Assembly (NCBI RefSeq): GCF_009914755.1
Contig: NC_060929.1
Length of the DNA stretch: 64,000 nt
Source: the human T2T-CHM13v2.0 reference genome, Homo sapiens
Strand: one strand, 5' to 3'
Part shown: in pieces, positions 14,631 to 27,400 of the stretch
Position numbering within the stretch: position 1 is the stretch's first letter
Layout of the letters: each line of letters begins with the position of its first letter
The notes under the pieces: model-generated
What the model was told of the DNA's origin: nothing
Seen by the model: only the letters and a program-made list of their open reading frames with translations
Database searches by the model: none
Program-made: the position numbers and the translations under genes

Positions 14631-16430
14631 TTAAAGGTGCATAACTGCAACCATCTGATCTTTCTTTGACAAGGCTGACAAAAATATGCAAAGGGAAAAG
14701 GACTCCATATTCAAGAAATGATGCTGGCATATCTGGCTAGCATATGCAGAAGAATGAAACTGGACTTTTACCTTTCATCCTATACAAAAACTAACTCAAG
14801 ATGTAGTAAAGATTTAGATGTAAGACATCAAACTATAAGAATACTTGAAGAAAACCTAGGAATCACGATTCTAAACATTGGCCTTAGGGAGGAATTTATG
14901 ACTAACTCCTCAAAAGCAATTACAACAACAACAACAAAAATCGACAAGTAGGATCTAATTACACTAAAGAGCTCTGGACAGCAAAAGAAACTACCAACAG
15001 AGTAAACAGATAACCTACAGAATGGCAGCAGATATTTGCAAACTATGCATGCAAAAAAGGCCTAATATCCACAATCTATAAGGAACAATTCAGCAAGCAG
15101 AAAACAAAGAATGCCATTAAAAAGTGGGCAGAAGACAAGAACAGACACTTCTCAAAAGAGATACAAGTGGCCAAGAAACAAATGAAAAAATGCTCAACAT
15201 CAGTAACCATTGGAGAAATGAAAATCAAAACCATAATGAGATACTATCTCATACCAGTCAGAATGGCTATTAACAAAAAGTCAAAAAACAACAGATGCTG
15301 ATGAGGCTGCAGAGAAAAGGGAATACTTACACATTGTTGATGGGAATGCAAATTAGTTCAAGCACTGTGGAAAGTGGTTTGGAGATTTCTCAAGGAACTT
15401 AAAACAGAACTACCATGTGACCCAACAATCCCATTACTGAGTATATATCCATAGGAAAATAAATTATTCTACCAAAAAGACACATTCACTCATATGTATG
15501 TTCATCACAGCACCATTTACAATAGCAAAGGCATGAAATCAACCTAGGTACCCATCAGTGGTGGACAGCTAAACAAAATATAATACATATGCACCATGGA
15601 ATACTACACAGCCATAGAAAAGAATGTAATTTTGTCCTTTGCAGCAACATGGAAGCAGCTGGAGACCATTAACCTAAACAAACTAATGTGGGAACGCAAA
15701 AGCAAATACCATATGTTCTCACTTACAAGTGAGAGCTAAACACTAGGTACTCATGGACATCAAGATGACAACAATAGACATTGGAAACAACTAGAGGCAG
15801 GAGGGAAAGAGTAGGACAATGGTTGAAAACTACTTGTTGGACAGTATGCTCGCTACTTTGGTGACAGGATCATTAATATTCCAAACTTCAGCATCACACG
15901 ATACACCTATGTAACAAACCTGTACATGTACCCACCTGAATCTAACACAGAGGTTGATTTTTTTAAGTGTGCCCCCTGTAGAGAACATATAGTTGAGTCT
16001 TGTTTCTTGAACCAATCGGACAAACTCTGTCTTTTAATTATATTTAGATCATTGACATTCAAAATGATTATTGACATAGTTGTATTATTATCATATTTGT
16101 ATTGTTTTTCTATTTGTTGCCCTTATTCTTTGTTCCCATTTTTGTCTTTTCTTCTGGTATTAATGATTTCATGTTCTCTCCTTCTTCACATATCAGTTAT
16201 ACTTTGTCTTTTATTTTTATTAGTGTCGCCCTTGAGATTGCAATATACAACTAATCCAAGTCCACTTTCTAATAATACTGTATCCCCTCATGGATAGTAT
16301 GAATACTTCATAAAAATAAAATAATCCTATTATCCTCTTCCATTAATTATATCATTGCTGTTACTAATTTCACTTATACATAAGCATAGATAAGCACATA
16401 TATGTACATTAAAAATATATATAAACATAC

Positions 16431-16777
<347 letters not shown>

Positions 16778-17287
16778 TTATTGCTATTATTATTTTAAAC
16801 AAACTATTGGTAAGAAAAATAAAAGTTTTTACTTTCCATTCACTTACTGTTCCTTGATGCTTGTCCTGTCTATATGTAGATCCAAATTTCTGATCTATAT
16901 CATTTTTCTTCTCCCTGAGGAATATCTTTTAACATTTTTTGTAGGGCAGATCTGCTTGCAATAAATGCTCTCAGTTTTTGTTTGTTTGGGAAAGTCTTTA
17001 TTTCTCTTTCAGTTTTGAAGGATAATTTGGCTTAATATAGAATTCTAGGTTGGTGAGTTTTTTCCCTCAACACTTTAAATGTTTTACTCTGCTCTCTTCT
17101 CGTTTGCATGGTTTCCAGTGTTCAATGTCCTGCAAATCTTACCATCATTTCTCTATATATGTGCTGTATTTTTAGGTTTGCTTTTTTTTTTTTAGTCTGG
17201 CTAAAAATTTTATTTGGTTTTCTGTAATTTGACTACAATATGCCTAGTTGTGTTTGGGGTGGCAGCCGGTGGGGGGGTGTTTGGGGC

Positions 17288-17354
17288 ATTTTTTTAATTT
17301 TTCATTTTTATGGGTAGATAGTAGGTGTATATATTTGTGGGGTACCTGAGATGG
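17288..17354 (-). mobile_element. Very short L1MA 3'-end insertion
   Basis: 'tttttatgggtagatagtaggtgtatatatttgtggggtacctgagatg' matches an L1MA 3' terminus. Confidence 0.65.
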
Positions 17355-17661
17355 CTTTTTAAAATCCTGCTTGATGTTCTCTGAGATTCATGGATCTGTG
17401 ACTTGGTATTTGTCATTAATTTTGGAATGTTCCCAAATATTATTGCTTAAAATATTTTTTCTGCTTCTTTCCTTTTTTTCCTTCCGGTATTCTAACTATA
17501 CTTAGGTTATACTTTTTGTAATTGCTCCACAGTTCTTGAAGTTTTTGATGTTCTGTTTGGATTTTATTATTTTTTCTTTTTTCTTTTTATTTCAGTTCGG
17601 GAAGTTTTCATTGTCCTATGTAAAGGCCCTCTTATTCTTTCCGTAGCCATGAGTCTAGTGA

Positions 17662-20600
17662 CATAGAGTGCTAATATGTCTTCAATACTTTGATTTCATT
17701 TCCTTTGGATAATTATTCAAATTTGAATTCCTAGATCACACATTAGTTCTATTTTTAATTTTTTTGAGAAGGCTGCACCATTCCTACTAACAGTGTGCAA
17801 GGGTTTCACTTCCTCCACATCTTCAACACTTGTTTTTTGGGGTTTTGGGAGGGGTTCGTTTTCTTTTAATAATAGCCATCCTGACAAATGTGAAGTGATA
17901 TTTTGTTGTAGCTTTTATTTACATTTCCTTAATGATTAGTGACATTGAACATTTTTTCATACACCTACTGCCTGTTTATATATCTTCTCGGAAAAAATAT
18001 CTATTAGCCCATTTTAATAGGGTTATTAGTTTTTTTACTATTGAGTTATAGGCGTTTTCATATACTTTGAATAGTAACCCCTTATTAGATAGATGATTTG
18101 CAAATCTTTTGTCCCATTCTGCAGGTTACCTTTTTACCCTGTTGATTGTTTCCTTTGTTGTACAGAGGCCTTTTAGTTTGATTTAGTCCCATTGTTTATT
18201 TTCGCTTTTGTTGCCTGTGCTTTTGGTGTCATATCCATGAAATCATTGCCCAGCCCAGTGTCATGAATTTTCTTCTCTATGTTTTCTTTTTTATTTAATT
18301 TTATTTTTAATTGACAAATAAAAAATATTTAAGGAGTACAATGTGATGTTTCAAAACACGTATACATTGTGAAAATAATCAAATCAGGTTAATTAAAATA
18401 TCCATCACTTCACATAGTTATCATCTCCTTGTGATGAGAACATTTAAAATATACTCTTATAGCAATTTTAAAATATAAAATACATTACTGTTAAATGTAG
18501 TCATGTGCAATAGATTACCAGAAATTATCCTTTTGTCTAACTAAAACTTTGTGCTGTTTGACAAATATCTCTTCTTTCCTTGTTTCCTATGCTCACTCAC
18601 TCAACCTCTAGTAACCACTAATCTACTCTACTTCTATGAGTTCAACTCTTGTAGATTCCACATGTAAGTGAGATCATGTCGAATTTGTCTTTCTGTGCCT
18701 AAATTATTTCATTTACCATGATTTCTTCTAAATTAATCAATGTCACAAATGGCAGAATTTCTTACCTTTTTAAGGCTGAATCATATTTTGCTGTATTTAT
18801 ATAACACATTTTTAACACATCCATACATTAATGAGTACATCAGTTGTTTTCATATTTTGGCTATCATGAATAATGCTGCAATGAACATGGGGTGCAGACA
18901 TCTCTTTAATATATGTATTTCAGTTCCTTGGGATATACACCCAGTAGCAGGCTTTCTGGATCATGTCATAATTCTATTTTTAGTTATTTGAAAAACTTCC
19001 ATACAGTTTTCCATAATGGCTGTACTAATACATATTCCCATCAACAGTGTAAAACGGTTTTCTTTTCTTCACATCCATGACAACACTGGTTATCTTTCAT
19101 CATTTTGATGATAATAATTCCAACAGGTTTGAGGTGTTAGATCATTATGGTTTGATTTGCATTTCCCTGTTGACTAGTAATGTTGAAATTTTTTTAATGT
19201 ATCTGTTGGCCATTTTTATGTCTTCTTTTGAGACTTGTGTATTCAGGTGTTTGTTCATTTGTTAATCGAGTTATCTTTTCTGTTATTAGATAGATCGAGT
19301 TTCTTAAATATTTAATATGCTAGCTCCTTATCCAATGTATGATTTGCAAATACTTTCCCCAAACTTTTAGGTTGTCTCTTCATTCTGTTAAGTATTTCCT
19401 TTGCAGTACAGCAGCATTTTAGTTTTATGCAATGAAAAATATCTTGGCCCAGGCCAATGTCATGGAGCTCTTCCCCTATGTTTTCTTCTAGAGTTTTACA
19501 GTTTCAGTTCATACATTCAGGTATTTAATCCATTTTGAGTTGACTTTTGTATATGGTGTGAGATAAGGGTTTAATTTTATTCTTCTGCATGTGGATGTTC
19601 TGTTTCCCCAGCACCATTAATTGAAGAGAATGTCCTTTCCCTATTGTGTGTTCTTGACAACATTACCAAAAATGAATTAGCTGTAAATGCATGATTCACT
19701 TCTGGGCTATTTATTATGTTCCATTGGTCTATGCTTCGGTTTTTATGAGAATACCATGCTGTGTTGATTATTATTGCTCTGTAGTATATTTTGGAGTCAG
19801 GTAGTGTGATTCCCCCAGCTTTGCTCTTTTGCTCATGATTGCTTTGGCCATTCAGGGTCTTTTATAGTTCCATATGAATTTTATGATATTTTTTATTTCT
19901 GCAAAAAAATTTGTTCATATTTTTATAGGGATTGCATTGAATCTACACATTGCTTTGAACTGTATGGACATTTTAACAATATTAATTCTAATCTATTACC
20001 ATGAGATTTCTTTCTATTTATTTGTATCTTCTTCCATTTCTTTCAGTAATGTCTTATACTTCTCACTGCACAGATATTTCACCTTCTTGCTTAAGTTTCT
20101 AAGTATTTTATCCTTTTTGCAGTTATTTTAAATGAGATTGTTTTCTTGAATTTTTTCTGATAATTTTCTCTTAATGTATAGAAATGCTACTGACTTTTGT
20201 AAGTTGATTTTGTATCCTGCAACTTTACTAAATTGTTTCAGTGGTTCTAACAGTTTTTTGATGAATTATTTAGGGTATTCTACATATATGACCATGTTGT
20301 CTGCAAACAGGAACAATTAAATTCTTTCTTTCCTAACTGGATAGTTTTTATTTCTTTCTCTTGCTTAATTGCTCTCGCTAGCACTTCCAGTATTACGTTG
20401 AATAGAAGTTTCAAGAGTGGACATCCTTGTCTTTTTCTTGATCTTAAAGAAAAAGCTTTAACTTATAACCTTTAAGTATGATGTTAGTTGTGAGTCTGTC
20501 ATATATGGCCTTTATTGTGTTGAGGTACAATTCTTCTTTACCTAATTTGTTGTGACTTGTTATAATGAAAGAATGTTAAATTTTGTCAAGTATTTTTTCT

Positions 20601-23600
20601 GCATCTATTGAGATGGTCTTGTGGTTTTTCTCCTTCTTTCTGTTATTGTGGTATATCACATTTACACATTTGTGTATGTTGAACTACCCTTGCATACCAG
20701 GAATAAGTCCCACTTGATCATGGTGAATAATCTTTTTAATGCATTGTTGAATTCAATTTGCTAATATTTTCTCGAGGATTTCTGCATCTATGTTCATTAG
20801 GAATATTGACCTGTAATTTTCTTTTTTTGTAGAGTTTTTGCATGGTTTTGGTATCAGTGTAATACTGACCTTATAAAGTGGCATTGCAAGCCTTTCCTCC
20901 TCTTCAATTTTTGATAAGAGTTTGAAAAGGATTAGTATTAGTTCTATCAATGTTCGGTAGAATTCATCAGTGAAGCCATCAGATCCTACACTTTTTTTAA
21001 TGGAAGAGTTTTATTACTGATACAATCTCCTTACTCATTATTGTTCTACTTCGATTTTCCAGTTCTCTATAATTCAAACTTGGTATGTTGTGTCTAGGAA
21101 TTTATCTATTTGTTCTAGTTTATCCAGTTTGTTGACATATCACTGTTCATAAGTCTCTTTTAGACCTTTGTATTTCTGTTGTCTCCATTGTAATGCCTCC
21201 TTTTTTATTTCTGATTATTTATTTAAATCATCTCGATTGTTTTCTTAGTCTAGCTAAGGGTTTGTCAGTTTTGTCAATCTTTTCATAACACCAACTCTTA
21301 GTTTTGCTTTGATCTTGTCTATTGTTTATCTAGTCTCTGTTTTATTCATTTCTGCTTTGAATCTTTATTATGTTTCTTTTTCTTCTAACTTTGGTCTTAG
21401 TTTGTTCTTTCTTTTCTAGTTCCTTGAGATGTAATGTTAGGTTCTTAGATGTGAGATCTTTCTCTCTTTTTTTCACATAGGATGATTTATTGCTACAGAC
21501 TTCAGTCTTAAAATTGCTTTTGCTGCATACTGTATATTTTGGGATATTATGTTTTCATTTTGGTTTGTCTCAAGATATTCTTAAATTTCCCTTTTAATTT
21601 CTTCATTGACCTACTTATCATCCAGGAGCATGTTTAATTTTGATATATTTGTAAACTTTCTGAAGTTTCTCCTCTTATTGTTTTTTAATTTTGTACCTTT
21701 ATGATGAGAAATTATACTTGATATTATTTCATTCTTCTTAAATGTGTTAAGACTTACTTTGTGATCTAACACATAATATATCCTGGAGAATTTTGTGTGT
21801 GCACTTGAGAAGGGTATGTATTCTGCTGCTATTGGATAAAAGGTTCTGTTATGTCCATTTGGCCTAAAGTGCACGTTAAGTTCTATACTTCCTTAATGAC
21901 TTTCTGTCTGGATTATCTATCCATTGCTTAAATTGGAGTATTGATGTCCCCTACTATTATTGTATTACATTCTATGTCTCCCTTCAGATCTACTAATATT
22001 TGTTTTATATATTTAGGCATTCTAATGTTGATTGCATATGTGTGTGTGTGTATATATATAATATATACACGTATATTTTTACATAATCATATATCTATAC
22101 ACTTATATGTTTATATATGTGTATTTATATAAAAATATATATATAATTGTTATATCCTCTCTTGACTGACACTTTTATCATTATATAACGCTTTTTCCTT
22201 TTCACAGTTTTTGACTTAAAGTCTATTTTATCTGATATAAGTATTGCTATTCTTTTTTCCTTTTGGTTTTCATTTGCATGAAATACCTTTTTCTGTCCCA
22301 TTACTTTTGTCTATGTATATGTGTCCTCACAAGTGAAGTTAGTATCTTGTAGGCAACATATAACTGGAACATATAACTGGAACTTGTTTTCATTCAGGCA
22401 CTCTGTGTTTTTTGATTGGAGAATTTAATCTATTTATATTCAAGGTAATTAGTGATAGGTAAGTAGTCACTATTGCCATTTTGTTAGTTGCTTTCTAGTT
22501 GATTTGTAGATGTTTTGTTACTTTCTTCCTTTCTTCCTTTGTGATTAAGGAAATTTCTCTAGCAATAAGCTTTGATTCCTTACTTTTTATTTTTTGTTTA
22601 TCTAACATAGGTTTTTGTTTTGTGGTTACCACAAGTATAGGAAGTAAAAGAATATACAGGGAAATAATTTTTTAAATGAGGAAAACAATAAAAGACCAAA
22701 ATGGGAAATTTAACAAGATTAAAATTATTTTAAAATCAAACAGAAACCCTGAAGCTGAAAATTACTATGCACAAGATGAAAAGTGCAACACAGAGCATCA
22801 ATAGTGAAAATGACCAATCAGAAGAAAGACCCTGTAAACTTGAGGTCTAGGGCTATTGGAGTCTGCTCATTGTAGGGTTTTACTGCTGTGGGCCCAGTGT
22901 TGAAGCCTGAGGCAAAGTCCAGTGTTCACTTCTGTATCTTTTCTTTAAGCAGAGAGTGTCTCCCCCAGTGCTGTGGGGCCTGAGATTAGGGGAGGGGTGA
23001 CATAGGTAATGTAAAAGTGCACATTCTACCCTGTTTAATATATCTTTTCTTATTTCCTTGCTACACTTAGGTGCTGTTATCCCTCGCCTGGTTTTCTTTG
23101 CTTTTTTGTAAAGGTATTTTCATGTGTGGATAGTTGGTCAATGATGCTTCTGCAGGGACACAGGCACTGGAAAATCCTGTTCTGCCATCTGGCTCTACCC
23201 TTCTGTTTTTGTTTTCTTCAAAGAGTTTTACAGTTTCTGGTCTTATGTGTAAGTCTTTAATCTATTTTCAGTTTATTTTTGTGTATAGTATAAAATCAGG
23301 GTCCAATTTCATTCTCTTACATGTGGATATCCAGTTTTCTCAATATCATTTTTTGAAGAGACTGTCCTTTCTTTATTGTGTATTCTTGCCACACTTGTTG
23401 AAGATCAGTTGATTATATATGCCTGAATTTATTTCTGGGCTCTATATTCTGTTCCATTGATCTATGTGTCTGTCTTCATGCCGGTACTATACTCTTTTAA
23501 TTACTGTAGTTTTGTGATATGTTTTGAAATCAAAAAGTGTTCTTTTTTTCTCAAGATTGATTTAGCTATTCATGGTCTTTTGTAGTTCCATATAAATTTC

Positions 23601-24158
23601 ATAGTTTTTTTTTCAATTTCTGTAAAAAATGCCATTGGAATTCTGAGAGGAGTTGCACTGAATCTGTAGATTACTTTAGATAGTATGGATAGTACGGATA
23701 TTTAACAATATTAAGTCTTCCAATCCATGAACATGGGATATCTTTCCACTTGTTTGCGTCTTGTTTGATTTCTTCCATCAATGTTTTGTAGTTTTCGGTA
23801 TACAAATTCTTCATCTCCTTTGTTAAATTTATCCTTTTTAGTGCTATTGTAAATAAGATTGTTTGATTCATTTCCTTTCCAGAGGTTTTGTTGTTAGTAT
23901 GTAGAACTGCAACTGATTTTTGTATGTTAATTTTGTATCCTGCAAACTTATTGAATGTGTTTCCTTGTTCTAATAGTGTTTTGATGGGGTCTTTAGGATT
24001 TTCTATATATAAGATTATATCATCTGCAAACAGGGACAATTTTAATTCTTCTTTTATTATGTGGATACCTTTTATTTATTTTTCCTGCATAATTGCTCTG
24101 TCTAGAACTTTCAATACTACATTGAATAGAAGTGGTAGGAGTGGGCATGCTTGCCTCA
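17662..24158 (-). mobile_element. Internal LINE-1 fragment (L1M), segments approx. 17662-18286 and 23208-24158, lacking both termini
   Basis: ORF 23671-24039 MSLFADDIILYIENPKDP...[17 protein letters not shown] (RT region). Continuity 'tgttttctt' across the nested element. Confidence 0.8.
18287..23200 (-). mobile_element. L1MA-type LINE-1 retaining both 3' end and 5' UTR start, with internal deletion and inversion
   Basis: 3' end 'tttttaattgacaaataaaaaatatttaaggagtacaatgtgatg'. ORF2 remnants (20753-20950 [16 protein letters not shown]; 21611-21874). The 5' terminus read on minus (agccagatggcagaacaggattttccagtg) matches the L1 start at 60487. Confidence 0.85.
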
Positions 24159-25349
24159 TGAACATATGTTCATCTATGTTCTCTATTTTGAATAGAATTC
24201 CTAACATATCAATTATAGTTATTTTAAATTCCTATTTTATAATTTCAACATCTTATGTTGTATCAGAGTCTGGTTCTGATTGCTGCTTTGTCTCTTCAGA
24301 CTGTGTTTTTTTATTGCCCTTTGGCATTACTTGCGATTTTTTGTTAAAAGTATCACATGTATTAGGTAACATGGACTTAATAAATAGATCTTTAGTATAA
24401 GAATTTATGTAATCTGGCTAGGAGTTGGGCCAAGTTTAATGTTTGCTGTAGCTACAGGTGCCAGAGGCTTCAAATTCCTGTGATGTCCTTTTGTTGTCTC
24501 TCCTCTTGACTTTGATTTCACTAAGAACTCTCCCTTCCTCAAAAAGAGTCTTTGTCTGCCAGCTTTTTCAACTATAATCCACTCTTAGCATACTGATTTC
24601 TATTGGTGTGGCAGTATAAAGGAGCATTCTATAATTCTCCAATTAAACTTCACCAGTCTTCTAGCTGACCTGTCTCAGAGCTGTGATCTTTACAGTGTTT
24701 TCCCACAAATATAGCTCTGTTCCATCCCTGCTTACTACTTTCTTCCTAATTTCAGGATTTCTAATCTATTTCCTTAAAGCCCTGACTCCTTTATGTCTTC
24801 CTGTTTCACACTCAAATAAGAAAGCTAGAGGAAACTAAAGTGTAAGAAATGCCTTTACCCCAGATGGACTAAGGCAAGCCCTTTTCCCTGGAGAGTGGGG
24901 CTTGGTTACAGAGAACGTTCTGGGTATATTTTTCAGTGATTGCTCTTCCTCTCCATCTGGCAGAGACACAGAGATTTTCCTCAGATATTCACCATGAGAA
25001 CCTGGTACTTTCTTGGAGGCAAATTTCATGAAAATGTGATCCCCTTTTCTAGGCTATGGCCCCGCAAATGTTTATCACTCTCAAATTAGTCCAGCCTCTA
25101 GCAATCCATCAAAATTACTTGTGTTCCTTCTACTTTATGGTTTCGGCAGCTTTTGCCTGAGGTAAACAGATTTGGATATGTCTCTCTGGATGTACTTGTC
25201 CCTCCAGGTTTCATGATGGCCGTTTGTCCCAAGACCTCAATTCTCTGACAGGTCCATGAAAAGTCATTGATTTCCAGTGTGTCCAAATTTTTCTTGTTGT
25301 AAGGATAAGAGTTATGACTTTCAAGCTTTTTACATATCAGAATGCAGAT

Positions 25350-25426
25350 GGGCAGCCCATTGAAAGGTTGTTAGCACAGGAATAATATTGTGTTCTATGC
25401 CTTATGTTTTTAAAAGACCACTCTGT
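25350..25426 (-). mobile_element. L2 fragment
   Basis: 'gcccattgaaaggttgttagcacagga...tttttaaaagaccactctg'. Confidence 0.5.
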
Positions 25427-26181
25427 ATATTATATCTCCCTTTTTGGCCTCAGGCTCACATATTTTAGGTTTTTTTGACAAACACCATCTTAATTGCAAT
25501 CCAACACTTATAAAATACATGGAAGAAGAACATGCAATGGACACTTTAATTCCATCTAGGAACATCTAGAATGCTCCAGAGAGGTGATAATTTTAGGGCA
25601 TGAGGATTCATTCTGCACACACTCCATGGTAATTTCTCAAAACAACTTATTCATGTTAGCCATAGCCTTAAGTCTAAATACCATGGTGATGTGCCATAGC
25701 AGTGTTGTTTGTATCAGTAAACCCCCTCCACTTACTTCCTCAGTGGAGATGGTTGGTGTCATCTCCATTTATTTTCTAATGTTACTTTCTCCCATCCTTC
25801 TATTGGGATGCCCTTACCTTGCCTAACTTTTGGAGTCTAACTCATGTGTCACATACTCAGTGAAGATTTCTCTAACTAGAACCACTTTCTGTCTTCTCCT
25901 CCTTCCTAAATCCCTATTGTGAAAACAATTCATACCCAAAGAAAGCATCACTGTTTTTTTCTCAATTGAACTAAGTTTTAAATTCATTCAATTACCCTAG
26001 AGTTCATAGAGCAGTGTGAGCACATACTGAATGCACAACAATTGCTTGTTAATTGAGAAAGAGATTCCTAGAAGCTGGCTTTTGTGGGCTACTTGTTTTG
26101 CATGCTGGTGAAATTTGTAAGAGGATGATAGACAATTGGGCTAATAGAATGAAAATTTACCTGCAAGGTTCAGTTGAATTA

Positions 26182-27044
26182 TAGTCAGTCCTTACTTAAC
26201 ATCATCAATAGGTTCTTGGAAACTATGACTTCAAGCAAAGTGACATATGAAAATGCCAATTTTACCATAGGCTAATTGATCTAAACAAGAGTTAAGTTAC
26301 TATATCATATTTCTGATCATGAAAACATCACCAAACTTCTAATAAAGACACAAAGTACTTCTAATATTAAATATTAAAATAAATGTGAGCTATACACACA
26401 GTTAAGAAAGATTAATAAAAACAAATCAGATAATCATTTACCAAATTTTTGGTGAATTAGTGAGTGATGACAGTTGTAGTGATGGTGAGTTAATTCAAAG
26501 AATAAATGTTTGCAAAGTGAAAATTGTCAGGATTACCTCTTATCTCCTTGCAGTTCAAAAGTAAATAATAACAAATATGACGACTCACTGAGCATTTCCT
26601 TACTGCATCATTTATTGCTGTGCATTTGTATGATTATCATATACTTTATGAATTTTCATTTTACAATAACTTGTATTTATTATATTATTCATTATTCATT
26701 GTACTTATTCTAGTTCAGAGTCTCGGGTGGCCAGAATCTATCCTGGAAGGTCAGGGTCCTAGGCAGGAGCCAACTCTGTACAAGATGCCATCCCATCACA
26801 GGATGCACTGTCACACTCTGTCACACTCACTCGCTCAAACTGGGACAATTCAGACATGCCAATTAACCAGATATGCACATCTTTGGGATGTAGGAGGGAA
26901 CCAAAATCCATGAAAGAAACCCACACAGACATGGGGTGAAGGTGCAAACTCTACACAGACAGTGGCCCCTGCGGGAATTGATTATTTTTCCTCAACATTA
27001 TAGAAACAACATTGAGCAAAACAATGTTATTTGCGGACCTGTTG
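26182..27044 (-). mobile_element. MER6 (TcMar-Tigger-related non-autonomous DNA transposon), about full length
   Basis: Imperfect terminal inverted repeats 'tagtcagtccttacttaacatc' and 'aatgttatttgcggacctgttg', with TA on the left flank. Characteristic 'gcacatctttgggatgtaggagggaacc...aaactctacacagacagtggccc' segment. Confidence 0.82.
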
Positions 27045-27239
27045 CTAACGAAAATAACATTATTTTAATGTGTGTGGATATGTGTGTTTATAGGTCTATA
27101 TCTTAATTAAAACTTTTTATTAAGAAAAAATAAGCATAATTTCCCTTTCCTACATACTTTACCTATTTTATATTTTAATTTATGTGATTAGATCTAAACT
27201 GTTCTAAGAATGGCAGCTGAGTCCTGAGGCAGCATCATA

Positions 27240-27400
27240 TAAATCACAGAACAATGAAATCTGAGAGCTCAAAGGGATATGAGAGTTTATCTGGTCCAAT
27301 CTTATTTCAGAAAGGGAAATCATGGTTCAAATAGCATTAAAAGGCTTGTCTAAGTCAAAGTGCCAGTGTCTGGAATCTACCTTCACTACATCCCCCTCCA
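27240..27400 (-). mobile_element. MIR/MIR3 SINE fragment
   Basis: 'gagctcaaagggatatgagagtttatctggtccaatcttatttcagaaagggaaa'. Confidence 0.55.

Noticed and set aside
23671-24039. ORF with a reverse-transcriptase FADD motif (also 8996-9307, 9497-9790, 13707-14193)
   Set aside because: Short frameshifted remnants of LINE-1 ORF2 in decayed copies; not a functional gene or novel RT system.
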